From Myxococcota bacterium (GTDB taxonomy: Bacteria; Myxococcota_A; UBA9160; UBA4427), in contig OZ252299.1 in the NCBI GenBank assembly GCA_965250285.1, forward strand, positions 3,360,001 through 3,424,000: a stretch of 64,000 nt of DNA, read 5' to 3'. Under the pieces are notes generated by a model that saw only the letters and a list, made by a program, of their open reading frames with translations, ran no database searches and was not told the DNA's origin. The position numbers were made by a program, and so were the translations under genes. How positions within the stretch are numbered: the stretch's first letter is position 1; the number at the start of each line of letters is the position of its first letter. Below, in pieces: positions 9,019-19,355 of this stretch.

Positions 9019-11169
9019 CTAGTCCACCCACCCGAGCACGTCGCGGATCACCGACCAGCGCGGGCCGTTCTCGCCGGCCCCGCGGCCCAGGATCCAGTAG
9101 TCGTAGAGCGACTCGACGGTGCCGTCCTTCTTCTTGAGACCGACCCAGTCCGAGACGAAGCGATCCCATTCGAGGTCGCCCTTCTCGATCGGATAGCCCT
9201 CGGGCATGACCTGGATCACCGGGTGGGGAACCGCCACCGCGTAGGAAGGATAGACGAGCGTCCACGCCGAGCCGCCCTCGGCCGAATAGACGACCGCGTC
9301 GATGTCGGTGCGCTGACCGCGCAGGAACCCGCGCGGCGAATCGAGCAGCTCGATCTCGGCGTTCGGCACCCGCGAGCGCACGGTCTTGAGAAAGGCCCGA
9401 TCGTCGACGACGACGCCGAGGGTCAGTGACTCGAGCTCTTCGATCGTCTCGAACGACTCAAACTCACGCCGGCGGTAGTCGGGCACGAGGAAGCCCATGG
9501 TGAGATCCATCGGCGACGCCGGGATGTCCCACCAGAGCAGCCGCTGCGGCGTCGTCGCGAGCCCACTCATCACGATGTCGATCTGGCCCTGCGCGAACCG
9601 CTCGCCGATCTCGTCGTACTCGACGCGCACGAGTTCGGCGTCGACGCCGAGGTCATGCGCCATTCGCAGGCCGAGCTCGAGGTCGAAACCGACCAGCTCA
9701 CCGGCCGAGTTCGTGAACGCGAACGGCAGTGAATCCTTCAGGTAGCCGATGCGCAGCGTCTTTCGCGCTTCGATGGCGGTCAGCCGCCCCACCTCGCTCG
9801 CTGATGCGTCGGGGGGCGGCAGCTCGGTGCGCCACTCGGTCACGTCGACGAGCGGCTCCATCTGGTGCATCCGCACCAGCTCCTGATCGGCGGTGTACGA
9901 GTTGGCGAGCGACTGAGCGAGGTAGAACCGCGCGCCCAGCAGGCCGACGAGCAGCATCAGCAGAGACAGCGCCGCGGCGCGGACGAAACGCACCGGCTGC
10001 CACGAGACGAGCCCTCGCTTGTACGCGACCGCCACGATCGTGAGCGAGAGCAGGTGCATCGCGCCGAGCACCACGCGGATGCGGTCGGTGTAGACGGTCG
10101 AGACGACGAAGAGCTCCATCATGTCGGCCGGCAGGCGCTGTACGTCGAGCAGAAAGGGGATGCCGACGACGGGGGCGACGAAGCTGCTGAGCAGCGATGC
10201 GCCCTGGAACACGAGCTCGTCGGCCCAGTTCATCTCGCGCCCCAGATACCAGGCCGAGAACGGAATGAACATGAGGATCACGTAGGTGCCGATGTTCGGA
10301 AACGGATACGCGAGCGGCATCAACACTTCGGCGCTCGAGTCGACGTCGTCGTGGGCCGCGTCGTAGCGCGCGAAGAGCGCCTTCACGTCTTCGATCAGCT
10401 GTGGCAACACGACGATGATCTTCGCGGTCGCGAAGATCGTGATGAGCGTGTCACGCGGGATCAGGATCAGATCGCGCACCTTGAAGGGCGTGACGGCGCT
10501 GACGAGCAGCGGCAGCACGCCGAACGTGAGCAGCACGGCGAGCACCGTGTACGTGATGACGTACGCCTGCAGGCGGCTGACCTCTTCGAGCGACATCGTC
10601 CCGGCCGTGCCCGCCGCGATCGCGAAGATGCCGAGTGGCGTCAGCCGGATCACCAGCTTGTTGACGTTGTTGAGGGCCGCGGCCAGGACGTCGAGGTTGT
10701 GGAGCAGGCCGCTGCGATCGCTCACGCGGCTCACGCCGATCCCGACCAGAATGCTGAAGAGCACGACCGCCGGAACGACGTTGTTCGCGAGCGAACCAAA
10801 CGGATTGGCGGGGACGTAGAGCCCGACGAGATCGAACTGGGTCGGCGCAGCGACGAGGCTCGACGAGAAGAACGACGCCGTCTGCCAGGGCGGGAACGCG
10901 ATCGGGGCGATCCACAGCACCAGGATGCCGATCGAGAGCAGCACGACCAGCACCGTGATCGCCGAGACGAGCAGCTCCTTGCTCTCGTCCCACGAGATGC
11001 GGCCGAGGTTCGCGATGAGCGAGACGACGATGTAGGGCAGCACCGTCATCTGGAGCAGCCCGATGTAGATCTCGCCCCCGACCGAAAGCGGCGCCGCGAG
11101 CTCTCCCAGGAAGAGTCCGGTCGCCAAGCCGAGGAACAAGCCGATCAGGATCTTGGCGGTGAAGGACAT
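9019..11169 (-). CDS. Dicarboxylate/amino acid:cation symporter fused to a C-terminal periplasmic substrate-binding (SBP_bac_3-like) domain
   Basis: N-terminal hydrophobic SDF-like region (LLQMTVLPYIVVSLI, PANPFGSLA, TPLGIFAIAA); C-terminal LRIGY..DSLPFAF...GELVGFDLEL, DIVMSG. Confidence 0.8.
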   Translation of the reverse strand: MSFTAKILIGLFLGLATGLFLGELAAPLSVGGEIYIGLLQMTVLPYIVVSLIANLGRISWDESKELLVSAITVLVVLLSIGILVLWIAPIAFPPWQTASFFSSSLVAAPTQFDLVGLYVPANPFGSLANNVVPAVVLFSILVGIGVSRVSDRSGLLHNLDVLAAALNNVNKLVIRLTPLGIFAIAAGTAGTMSLEEVSRLQAYVITYTVLAVLLTFGVLPLLVSAVTPFKVRDLILIPRDTLITIFATAKIIVVLPQLIEDVKALFARYDAAHDDVDSSAEVLMPLAYPFPNIGTYVILMFIPFSAWYLGREMNWADELVFQGASLLSSFVAPVVGIPFLLDVQRLPADMMELFVVSTVYTDRIRVVLGAMHLLSLTIVAVAYKRGLVSWQPVRFVRAAALSLLMLLVGLLGARFYLAQSLANSYTADQELVRMHQMEPLVDVTEWRTELPPPDASASEVGRLTAIEARKTLRIGYLKDSLPFAFTNSAGELVGFDLELGLRMAHDLGVDAELVRVEYDEIGERFAQGQIDIVMSGLATTPQRLLWWDIPASPMDLTMGFLVPDYRRREFESFETIEELESLTLGVVVDDRAFLKTVRSRVPNAEIELLDSPRGFLRGQRTDIDAVVYSAEGGSAWTLVYPSYAVAVPHPVIQVMPEGYPIEKGDLEWDRFVSDWVGLKKKDGTVESLYDYWILGRGAGENGPRWSVIRDVLGWVD

Positions 11170-11460
11170 GGGCTCGGTGCGTGCGCCTCCGGGGCGGGGT
11201 GGACGTCGTGTCGGGGCAGCAGCCTAGGCGAACGCCCCGCCGGTCGCCGCTTCGCCTCCGGGCGCAGCTGGGCCAGAAAGGTGACGGAACGCGCGGCGCT
11301 GCTCGCCACCCCGTGCCCGAAACCGCACGCATGAGATCCAGTCGATCGGCCCCTTGACGAAGCAGCGCGCGCGCTTCCTGTTTGGTCGGATCGAACGGGA
11401 GTGGCTCTGCTGGCATCCATGTCCAGGACAGGCCCCCCCAGAAAACTCGAGGGCACCTGC

Positions 11461-13206
11461 GTGGACGAACCGCACCAACCATCCGAACCCCCCGACCCAG
11501 AGCCGACTTCCTTCTTCGACGAGCTTCAACGACGCGTCGTCGTTCGGACGGCCATCGTCTACGCGGCCAGTGGCTGGGCCATGCTCCAGGTGTCCGCGCT
11601 CGTCCTGCCGCTGATCGGTCTCAACAGCAGCGCGATCCGCTGGGTGCTGTACATGCTGATCGCGGGGTTCGTCCTCGCGATCGCGCTCGCCCGGCTGAGC
11701 GAGCTGCGAGCCGAGCGCGGCGAGCCGCCGCTGCGCGTCTTCTCGAACCACGCCGTGGTGATCGTCCTGCTCATGCTCGGCATCGGCGCACTCGCCGGAG
11801 CGGGCGTCGACCCGTGGTTCGACGAAGACGAGCAAGCAGCGCAGCCGATCGTCATCGCGGTGGAGCCGTTCGACACGCGCGGCCAGACCGAATCGGCACC
11901 GACGCTCGGAGCCGATCTGGCAGACGAGCTGACGGATGCGCTCGCGCGATTTCGTGGCCTGACGGTGCGACGAGCGCCGGAGATGCCCGAAGACGGGGGC
12001 TTCCTGGGGCTCGAGTCGCTCGCGATGCGCGACCGGTTCCGGCTGACCGGCAGCGCTCAGGTCGACGGCGAGACGGTGCGGGTGCGCGCCCAGCTCGTCG
12101 AGCCCGACTCGGGGGTCGTGCGGTGGTCGGAGAGCTATGACCGCGAGCTCACGACCGGGCCGCTGCTCCACATTCAGACCGACATCGCGAGCCACATCGC
12201 CGCGACGCTCGCCGACCATACGGTCAATCACAGCCTCTTGTCGCCCGCGAAGCGCTTCACGATTCGGCCCCATCATCGGTCGATGGCCGAGTGCATCGCG
12301 ATGGCCGACCGCTACTTCGAGGTTCACACGGACGAGCAGCATGCGGCCGCGCGCGAGTGCCTCGAAGCGGCCGTCCAGCGCGAGCCCGACGACGCCGAAG
12401 CGTGGGCCCACCTCGGCTACCTGTACCGCGAGGAGTATCTGCACCGTCGAAACGAGCGATCGGCCCCGCTCGACCGCGCGCTCCGCGCGGCGCACCGTGC
12501 AGTCAGCCTCGATCCGACGAGCGCCATGGCCCACTTCGCGCTGTCGACCGTGTACTTCAGCCGCGGTGCCCTCGACGCCGCCGCGATGACCGCCGAGCAT
12601 GCCATCAAGCTCAACCAGAACGACGCGACCCTGCTCGGCCTGCTCTCCACCCAGCTCGCGGCGGCCGGCCGCTGGGAACGCGCCATCGAGGTGGCCGAGC
12701 GCGCGGCGAGCCTGAGCCCGCACCACCCCGTCACGCTCCACAACGTCGTTGCGCTCGACCACTACATGAGGGGCGACTACGAAGCGGCGCTCGACGCGCA
12801 CCGTCAGATCGCACCCCTCGACAGCATGCGCGGTGTCACGCGGGCCGCCGTGCTCGCCCAAGCCGGTCGGACCGATCAGGCCGCCGAGGTCATGAGCGAG
12901 CTCGAGCGCGACGACCCGCATCTCGCGCAGGATCTGATGGCCGAGCTCGAGCGCATCTATGTCGACCGGGGTCTCGTCGAAGCGCTCGCAGACGGCCTGC
13001 GGAGTGCCGGCATCGAGCTCGAGCCGCGTGCCCGCGCCGGGACCAGGAAACACTCGTACTCGACCCGATCGCGCGGGTACCGCGCTCGGCGCCAGACCGC
13101 GCTGTCCGCTTCGCCCCCCGAGCGCTCGGGCGCGCCGCCGCGAGGCGCGACAGACGCACCCGAACCCGAGGCCGAGCACCGCCGCGGTCCCATCTCGTCT
13201 CCCTGA
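11461..13206 (+). CDS. Membrane-anchored TolB-like/TPR protein
   Basis: N-terminal FFDELQRRVVVRTAIVY with TM helices, IAVEPF...ELTDALARF..RVRAQLVE...WSESYDR module, then TPR-like repeats. Start uncertain (11401-11461). Confidence 0.7.
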   Translation: MDEPHQPSEPPDPEPTSFFDELQRRVVVRTAIVYAASGWAMLQVSALVLPLIGLNSSAIRWVLYMLIAGFVLAIALARLSELRAERGEPPLRVFSNHAVVIVLLMLGIGALAGAGVDPWFDEDEQAAQPIVIAVEPFDTRGQTESAPTLGADLADELTDALARFRGLTVRRAPEMPEDGGFLGLESLAMRDRFRLTGSAQVDGETVRVRAQLVEPDSGVVRWSESYDRELTTGPLLHIQTDIASHIAATLADHTVNHSLLSPAKRFTIRPHHRSMAECIAMADRYFEVHTDEQHAAARECLEAAVQREPDDAEAWAHLGYLYREEYLHRRNERSAPLDRALRAAHRAVSLDPTSAMAHFALSTVYFSRGALDAAAMTAEHAIKLNQNDATLLGLLSTQLAAAGRWERAIEVAERAASLSPHHPVTLHNVVALDHYMRGDYEAALDAHRQIAPLDSMRGVTRAAVLAQAGRTDQAAEVMSELERDDPHLAQDLMAELERIYVDRGLVEALADGLRSAGIELEPRARAGTRKHSYSTRSRGYRARRQTALSASPPERSGAPPRGATDAPEPEAEHRRGPISSP

Positions 13207-13310
13207 AGCCGGAAGCCGGAAGACGGCCGCGCTTCGCCGCGTTTCTTTTGCCGCGCGGTGGCGGCCTCGATTAGGCTGGAGCTCTCGCTCCGACCGAACT
13301 CGAGGTCCCC

Positions 13311-14852
13311 ATGAAGCACGCGATCCCCACTCGCTCCACCCGGCTGCTGCCCCTGCTCGCGCTCCTGACCCCGCTCGCTCTGACCGCGTTCGCCCTGCCC
13401 GCGGTCGCGGGCGGCGAACGCGGGCGCGCAACGCGGTGCGAGATCGTGATCGTCGGGGGCGGCGCTTCGGGCCTGTACACCGCTTACCGGCTCGGGCCCG
13501 AGTACGGCGCCCGCGTCTGCGTCTTCGAAAAGAACGAGCGACTCGGCGGACGAATCAAGGACGTCGCGAACGAGCCGGGCGGGCCCGTCTTCGGCCTGGG
13601 CGCGCTGCGCGTCGTCGAAAGCCAACGGGTCGTCATCGACCTCGCGGCCGAGCTCGGGATCGAGCTGCAGTTCGCCCCCAATCGCGAGAGCATCATCAGC
13701 ACGCGCGGCTTCCTCGCGGCCGACGCCCAGACGCTCAACGAGCAGGCCTTTCCCGTCGTGCCCGACGACGTCACCGAGGGCGACCTCTACGACGAGCTGC
13801 AGTTCGGCCCGCTGCGCCGCGAGGCCGACCAGTACCCCGACTTCCGCTCGTACGCGCGCGCGGCGATCGGTGTCGAGGGCTACCAGTTCCTGCGCGACCT
13901 GTCGCGATTCCGGGGCGAGTTCACCGACCCGATCGATGCCCGCAGCTTTCTCGACTGGCTCGACGAAGAGTCGACGGTCTGCTGCATCGCGGGCTACCCG
14001 GTCGGCGGCATGTCGCAGTACATCGATCGGCTTGCAGACGGCGCCAGGGCCGCGGGCGTACGCATCTTCACGGGCGAGCCGGTGCTCGACGTGTCTCGCG
14101 CACGGCGCGGCAAGGGGGCGAAGCGTCGCTACGAGGTGACGACCACGAAGCGCCGGCTGCGCCCGCGCTTCGTGGTCATCGCCGCATCGAAGCGGGGCGT
14201 GGGCTTCATCGAGGGCGACGTCATCGACGACATCCGCCGCCAGACCGAGTTTCAGGACATCGAGGCCGTCAAGGTCGTGACCGTGACGCAGTGGTGGACG
14301 AGACCCTGGTGGCGAAGCGCCCCCGAACGCGAAGAGGTGAGCCGCGTCTGGAGCACCGAGGCCGCGCTGAACTTCATCGAGATTCCGGTCTGGCCCTACG
14401 CCGAGGCGCAGAACGTCACCCGCAGCGTGTACGACGACGACCCGGCGACCGTCGCGTTCTGGGAGAACACGGCGTCGCGCTCGACCGAGGCGGTCGAAGC
14501 CGAGATTCGTCGCGGCCTCGAGTATCTCTTTCCCGGCGCACGCATCCCCGACCCCGAGCGGACGGTCGTCCAGATCTGGCCGGATGCCTGGGCCTGGCTG
14601 CGGGGCGGGTCGAGTCTGCGCAACGTCGATATCGCGCGCTGGGCCATCGAGCCGCTGCCCGGGGAGGCGGTGGCGCTCGTGGGTGACTCGTACTTTCCGC
14701 AGCGCGCCACGTGGAGCGACGCCGCGTACAAGTCGGCGATCAACATGCTGAACGAGCGATTCGGGTTCGAGCTCGAGGGACAGACCGTCGGTCTCGACGA
14801 CGAAACCGAAGCGCCCGAGCCGATTCGTCCCTACCCCGGCACGCTGCGATAG
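13311..14852 (+). CDS. Secreted FAD-dependent oxidoreductase (flavin amine/amino-acid oxidase family)
   Basis: Signal peptide, IVIVGGGASGLYTAYRL, FEKNERLGGRI, GGMSQYIDRL, LVGDSY; GAGG RBS. Confidence 0.75.
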   Translation: MKHAIPTRSTRLLPLLALLTPLALTAFALPAVAGGERGRATRCEIVIVGGGASGLYTAYRLGPEYGARVCVFEKNERLGGRIKDVANEPGGPVFGLGALRVVESQRVVIDLAAELGIELQFAPNRESIISTRGFLAADAQTLNEQAFPVVPDDVTEGDLYDELQFGPLRREADQYPDFRSYARAAIGVEGYQFLRDLSRFRGEFTDPIDARSFLDWLDEESTVCCIAGYPVGGMSQYIDRLADGARAAGVRIFTGEPVLDVSRARRGKGAKRRYEVTTTKRRLRPRFVVIAASKRGVGFIEGDVIDDIRRQTEFQDIEAVKVVTVTQWWTRPWWRSAPEREEVSRVWSTEAALNFIEIPVWPYAEAQNVTRSVYDDDPATVAFWENTASRSTEAVEAEIRRGLEYLFPGARIPDPERTVVQIWPDAWAWLRGGSSLRNVDIARWAIEPLPGEAVALVGDSYFPQRATWSDAAYKSAINMLNERFGFELEGQTVGLDDETEAPEPIRPYPGTLR

Positions 14853-14907
14853 CCCTCAGGAGAAGCGGCGTCGCGACGCCGCAGCCGATCGACCGCGAAG
14901 CACCGAC

Positions 14908-15846
14908 TCAAGCTTCGAGCGCGTCGCCCTCTTCCGGCGAAGCCGCCGGATCGGCCGGCGGAACCGCCATGACGCTCGACTGAACGCCGCGCAGCACCAT
15001 CTCGGCCGTGGCGCCAAGGCGGTCGCCGATCTCGCCGGGCCGACTCAAGGTGCCCATCACGATCAGGTCGAAGTCGTGCTCCCGGGCGAAGCGAGGCAGC
15101 GCTTCTCGGGCTTCGCCCTCGACCAGGTGGACGTGCTCGCTCGGCACCGAACCGTCGAGCTGCGACACCAGACGATCGAGCCCCGCTCGCGCGAGTGTTT
15201 CGGACTCGCGGCGGTACGCCTTCCACTCGTCTTCCTGAATCGACTGCTCGAGCAGCTCCGAACCGATCGCGTGCCAGGCGGTCACGAGATGCACCTCGGC
15301 GCCCGAGAGCCGCGCGACCTCTTGCGCCCGTTCGACGATGCGGCGGGCCGCCCGCTGACGCACCTCGTTGCCGGTCGGGTCGACCGCGACGAGGATTCGG
15401 CTCGGCAGAGCGCCTTCACCGCCCACCACCCAGACCGGACACGCCGAGCGACGAAACAGGTGGAGCGCGGTGGAGCCGAAGAACACGCCGCCTTGCCGCG
15501 TGAGGCCGCTGGCGGGCTTCACGATCAGGTCGAACCCGCTCTGTCGACACTCCTCGAGAACGACCTCCCAGGCGACGCCCCAGCAGACGCGCGCCGTCAC
15601 GTTCGGCACCGAATCGCGCAGATCACGCGCCATCGCCTCGAGCTGCTCGGTCTCGACCTCGAGCAGGAGGTTGCGAATCTTGGCGGTCTGCTGACAGAGC
15701 TCGGCGCTGGCCGCGGGGCCGACGTTCTCTTCGAGGACGCGAAGCAGCGTCACGATCGCACCGGCGCGCTGCGCCAGATGGCGGGCCAGGGACAGCGCGC
15801 GACCGGCGCGATCTTCGGCCGGTACGAGAACGAGGATGTTCTGCAT
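14908..15846 (-). CDS. Universal stress protein, tandem Usp domains (UspE-like)
   Basis: NILVLV...DLIVKPA...FGSTALHLFRRSACPVWVV, then RILVAVD...DLIVMGT...GATAEMVL. Confidence 0.85.
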   Translation of the reverse strand: MQNILVLVPAEDRAGRALSLARHLAQRAGAIVTLLRVLEENVGPAASAELCQQTAKIRNLLLEVETEQLEAMARDLRDSVPNVTARVCWGVAWEVVLEECRQSGFDLIVKPASGLTRQGGVFFGSTALHLFRRSACPVWVVGGEGALPSRILVAVDPTGNEVRQRAARRIVERAQEVARLSGAEVHLVTAWHAIGSELLEQSIQEDEWKAYRRESETLARAGLDRLVSQLDGSVPSEHVHLVEGEAREALPRFAREHDFDLIVMGTLSRPGEIGDRLGATAEMVLRGVQSSVMAVPPADPAASPEEGDALEA

Positions 15847-16069
15847 GTCGACGCCTCCGAACGGAATGGGTCAGTCGCTGAATCGACCGCCCCGATCGGA
15901 AACTTGAACCCAGACGCCAACGGCCGCGTGATCGAAGCGCCGCGCCGGCATGGCGGGCTCTCGCGGGCATCCCCGATCTCGGGCGGTGGGGGCGCCGAGC
16001 GCGCCGTGCGGATACCGGCACACATGCCCGGGCGTGCGTCCGCGCCGGATCGGGCGGGCAAGGACGGCG

Positions 16070-16387
16070 TCAGCCGTGATCCTGCGGCAGCACCACCCAC
16101 TCGGGGTCGTCGAACTCACCGACGACCCGGATCTCGACGTGCTCGGCCTGGGTCTCGATGATCGACTGCACGCGCGGGTCTCGCTCGGCTTCGGCGGCGT
16201 CGCGCTCGGCCTTGCTCTCCCAGCTCGCGATCGCGAGCAGCACGCCGTCGCGCCCGATGGCCCGGTGCAGGCGCGTGCCCCGTGCCCCGGGCGCCGATTG
16301 AATGATGCGGCTCGCCTCGAGCCAGGCCGCGGCGTAGGCCTCAGCCGTGTGGCCGGCCCGCACGTGGACCTCGAAGACGAAGATCAT
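16070..16387 (-). CDS. Antibiotic biosynthesis monooxygenase (ABM) family protein
   Basis: 105 aa; APGARGTRLHR...LAIASWESKAERDA dimeric alpha/beta barrel pattern. Confidence 0.7.
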   Translation of the reverse strand: MIFVFEVHVRAGHTAEAYAAAWLEASRIIQSAPGARGTRLHRAIGRDGVLLAIASWESKAERDAAEAERDPRVQSIIETQAEHVEIRVVGEFDDPEWVVLPQDHG

Positions 16388-16425
16388 CGGTGAGCTCCCG
16401 TTTGGAGCGCGATGCGAACCGGGTC

Positions 16426-18045
16426 TCAGAACGCGCCCGAGTCGCCGCCGTCGAAGCCGTCGCCCCCGCCGAACGCGTCGCCGCCGCCACCGAAGCCGCT
16501 CGTCGGATCGAAGCCGGGCCCGTCGCCGCCGCCCCCGAACGGTCCGCCCTCCATGGATCCGAAGCTGTGACCGCCGGGCGCCGCGTCGTAGGGATCGTCG
16601 CTGAGCGTCCAGTCGCGAAACTGCGCGTAGCGGCCCTCGAACTCGAGCTTCACGGTGCCGGTCGGGCCGTTTCTCTGCTTGGCGATGATCAGCTCCGCGA
16701 GGTTCTCGTACTCGGTCTCCTTGTTGTAGACCACGTCGCGGTAGATGAACGCGATCACGTCGGCGTCCTGCTCGATGGCGCCCGACTCGCGCAGATCGGC
16801 GAGCATCGGGCGCTTGTCTTCTTTGCGGGTCTCGGGGCCCCGGTTCAGCTGCGAGAGCGCGATGACCGGAATGTTCAGCTCTTTCGCGAGGCCCTTGAGC
16901 CCGCGGCTGATCTCACTGATCTCCTGTTCGCGGCTCGGTGTGTTCGAATCGCCGTGGGCGAGCTGCAGATAGTCGACGATCACGAGGTCGAGGCCGTGCT
17001 GCGCATGCAGGCGGCGGCACTTGGCGCGCATCTCGAGCACGGTGGCGGCGCCGGTATCGTCGATCCACATGCCGGCTTCGGCGAGGTTGCCGGCACATTG
17101 AATGATGCGTGAGTGCGTGTCGGGCGTGATGAGCCCGGTGCGCATCATCGAGAAGTCGACCTGGGCCTCGCTCGAGAGCAGGCGCAGCACGAGCGAACGG
17201 GTCGTCATCTCGAGCGAGAAGATTGCGATGTGGGCATTCGCGTCCATGGCGGCGTTGCGCGCCACGTTGAGCGCGAAGGCCGTCTTGCCCATCGAGGGCC
17301 GCGCCGCGAGGATGAACAGGTCGCCCGGCTGCAGGCCGCCCGTCATGTCGTCGAGCTTCTTGTAGCCCGTCGACAGCCCGGTCAGATCGCCGCTTCGGTT
17401 CATCAGCTGGTCGATGTGATCGACCGCGTCGTGCATCTCGTGGCCGATCGAGCTGAGGCCACTCGCCGCCTTCTCGGTCGACAGCCCGAAGATGCGGCTC
17501 TCGGCCTGGTCGAGCAGCTTGTCGGCCTCTTCGCTCGGGTCGTAGCCGAGCGCCACGATCTCGCTCGCCACCGCGATGATCGATCGCTTGATCGACTTCT
17601 CGCGCACGCGCTTGGCGTAGAAGACCGCGTTTGCCGGGGTCGCCTCGTAGTCGGCGATCTCGGCGAGCGCCACGGCACCGCCGACGCTCTCGAGCAGATG
17701 CTCGTCCTGTAGGTACGCGGCCAGGGTCACGAGATCGACCGGCTGGTTGGTATCGCGCAGCTGCACCATCGATCGGTACAGGATCTGATGAGCCGGGTGG
17801 TAGAAGTCGTCTTCCTTCACCTCGGTGACGAGCAGGTGGATCGCGTCGTTGTCGAGCAGAATCGACGACAGCACCGCCTTCTCGGCCGACAGATCGCTGG
17901 GCGGGACCCGCCCGAGGATCTCCTCGTCGGCCATCGGCGGCCGATCATCGCGGTCACCGCGTCGACCGCGCCGGCCTTCGCCTCGACCCCGGCCGCGCCC
18001 CGCGTCGCCGCGTCCGTAGCTGTCCGGTCCACCATCGAGCGACAA
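16426..18045 (-). CDS. dnaB: Replicative DNA helicase
   Basis: AARPSMGKTAF, FSLEM, IVDYLQL, LSQLNR, DLRESGAIEQDAD, KQRNGPTG. Start TTG 18045 (GGAGG 8 nt upstream) or ATG 17934. Confidence 0.95.
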   Translation of the reverse strand: MSLDGGPDSYGRGDAGRGRGRGEGRRGRRGDRDDRPPMADEEILGRVPPSDLSAEKAVLSSILLDNDAIHLLVTEVKEDDFYHPAHQILYRSMVQLRDTNQPVDLVTLAAYLQDEHLLESVGGAVALAEIADYEATPANAVFYAKRVREKSIKRSIIAVASEIVALGYDPSEEADKLLDQAESRIFGLSTEKAASGLSSIGHEMHDAVDHIDQLMNRSGDLTGLSTGYKKLDDMTGGLQPGDLFILAARPSMGKTAFALNVARNAAMDANAHIAIFSLEMTTRSLVLRLLSSEAQVDFSMMRTGLITPDTHSRIIQCAGNLAEAGMWIDDTGAATVLEMRAKCRRLHAQHGLDLVIVDYLQLAHGDSNTPSREQEISEISRGLKGLAKELNIPVIALSQLNRGPETRKEDKRPMLADLRESGAIEQDADVIAFIYRDVVYNKETEYENLAELIIAKQRNGPTGTVKLEFEGRYAQFRDWTLSDDPYDAAPGGHSFGSMEGGPFGGGGDGPGFDPTSGFGGGGDAFGGGDGFDGGDSGAF

Positions 18046-18196
18046 GCGCCCCGCCTCCCACACCCCGAAATGCGTCGTCGAACACGTTGGCTCGAAGCGC
18101 GATCGGCCGATGCAGACGTCGTCGCCTCGTGTCCGGCCGCGACCTCACTCTACCGCGACTGTCCGGTCCCCGGATTCCAATCGCGACATGCGCCCG

Positions 18197-18240
18197 AAAA
18201 AAGAGAACGGCCCCCGATCGCGCGAGGCGATCGAGGGCCG
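18197..18240 (-). terminator. Rho-independent terminator after rplI
   Basis: Minus strand CGGCCCTCGATCGC-loop-GCGATCGGGGGCCG followed by TTCTCTTTTTT. Confidence 0.7.
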
Positions 18241-18268
18241 GGGTCCGTTCACGAACGACGTTCGGAGA

Positions 18269-18856
18269 TCAGCTCTCCGGGGTCTCGTCTTCGTCCGGGG
18301 TCTCTTCAGCGTCGGTCTCCTCGGCCGGTGCATCCTCTTCGGGGGCGCCACCGAGATTGCCGGGATCTTCTTCGACCTCTGCTTCGGCTTCGGGAGCGGC
18401 TGCCGCCGTGCCGATCACCGTCAGCTGGATCGTTGCGCGCACGTCGCCGCGCACCTTCAGCGAGACCTCATGATCGCCCACCATCTTGATCGGATCCTTC
18501 AGATCGATCTTGCGACGGTCGATCTCGACGCCCTTCTCGGCGAGCTGCGCAGCGATGTGCGACGACGTCACCGAGCCGAAGAGCTTGCCACCCTCGCCCG
18601 CTGCCGCCTCGAACTCGAGCTTGAGCTTCTCGATCTTCGTCTTGACGGCTTCGACGTCCTTCATCTCCTTGGCGAGCTTCTCGGCGATCACCGCCTTCTG
18701 GTGCTCGAACGCCTTGACGCGGCTCTCGGTCGCGATCTCGGCCTTGCCCTGGGGAAGGAGGTAGTTGCGCGCGTAGCCCGGCTTCACGCTGACGAGATCG
18801 CCGGCGTCACCGAGGCCATACACCTCGTCCTTCAGAATCAGTCTCACCTGAGCCAT
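18269..18856 (-). CDS. rplI: 50S ribosomal protein L9 with acidic C-terminal tail
   Basis: VKPGYARNYLLPQGKA, KLFGSVT. Confidence 0.96.
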   Translation of the reverse strand: MAQVRLILKDEVYGLGDAGDLVSVKPGYARNYLLPQGKAEIATESRVKAFEHQKAVIAEKLAKEMKDVEAVKTKIEKLKLEFEAAAGEGGKLFGSVTSSHIAAQLAEKGVEIDRRKIDLKDPIKMVGDHEVSLKVRGDVRATIQLTVIGTAAAAPEAEAEVEEDPGNLGGAPEEDAPAEETDAEETPDEDETPES

Positions 18857-18872
18857 GGGTTCTCGACCTCGC

Positions 18873-19355
18873 TCACATGTGGTTCGGCGCGTAGGGCAGC
18901 AGCGCGAGGTGCCGCGCGCGCTTGATCGCGACGGCCAGCTGGCGCTGATGCTTCGCGCAGGTGCCCGAGATGCGGCGCGGCGTCATCTTGCCGGTCTCGG
19001 TGATGAAGAGGCGAAGCGTCTTGACCTCCTTGTAGTCGATCTGGAGGTTCTTGTCGGCGCAGAAGCGGCACACCTTGCGGCGCTGGAACATGCCCTTCTG
19101 CTTGCGCTGCTTCCTCGCCTTCTTGCGCGCGGCGGCGCGCAGGCGCCCCTTCGGGCTCATCGGCGGCCGGGGCGGCCGATCGGGGCGGTCACCGCGCGGG
19201 CCGCGGGGACCGCGGTCGAAGCCGCCTCCTCCTCCGCCGCCGCCGGGGCGATCCCCACTCGGGCGATCACCGCTCGGGCGGTCGCCGGCCGGTCGATCCG
19301 TCGTCGGCGCGGAAGCTTCGGTCTGGGGCCGCGGGGAATCGATGGTCTCGCTCAT
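18873..19355 (-). CDS. rpsR: 30S ribosomal protein S18 with Gly/Pro/Arg/Asp-rich N-terminal extension
   Basis: RRKVCRFC...IDYK...[38 protein letters not shown] overlap with rpsF. Confidence 0.96.
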   Translation of the reverse strand: MSETIDSPRPQTEASAPTTDRPAGDRPSGDRPSGDRPGGGGGGGGFDRGPRGPRGDRPDRPPRPPMSPKGRLRAAARKKARKQRKQKGMFQRRKVCRFCADKNLQIDYKEVKTLRLFITETGKMTPRRISGTCAKHQRQLAVAIKRARHLALLPYAPNHM

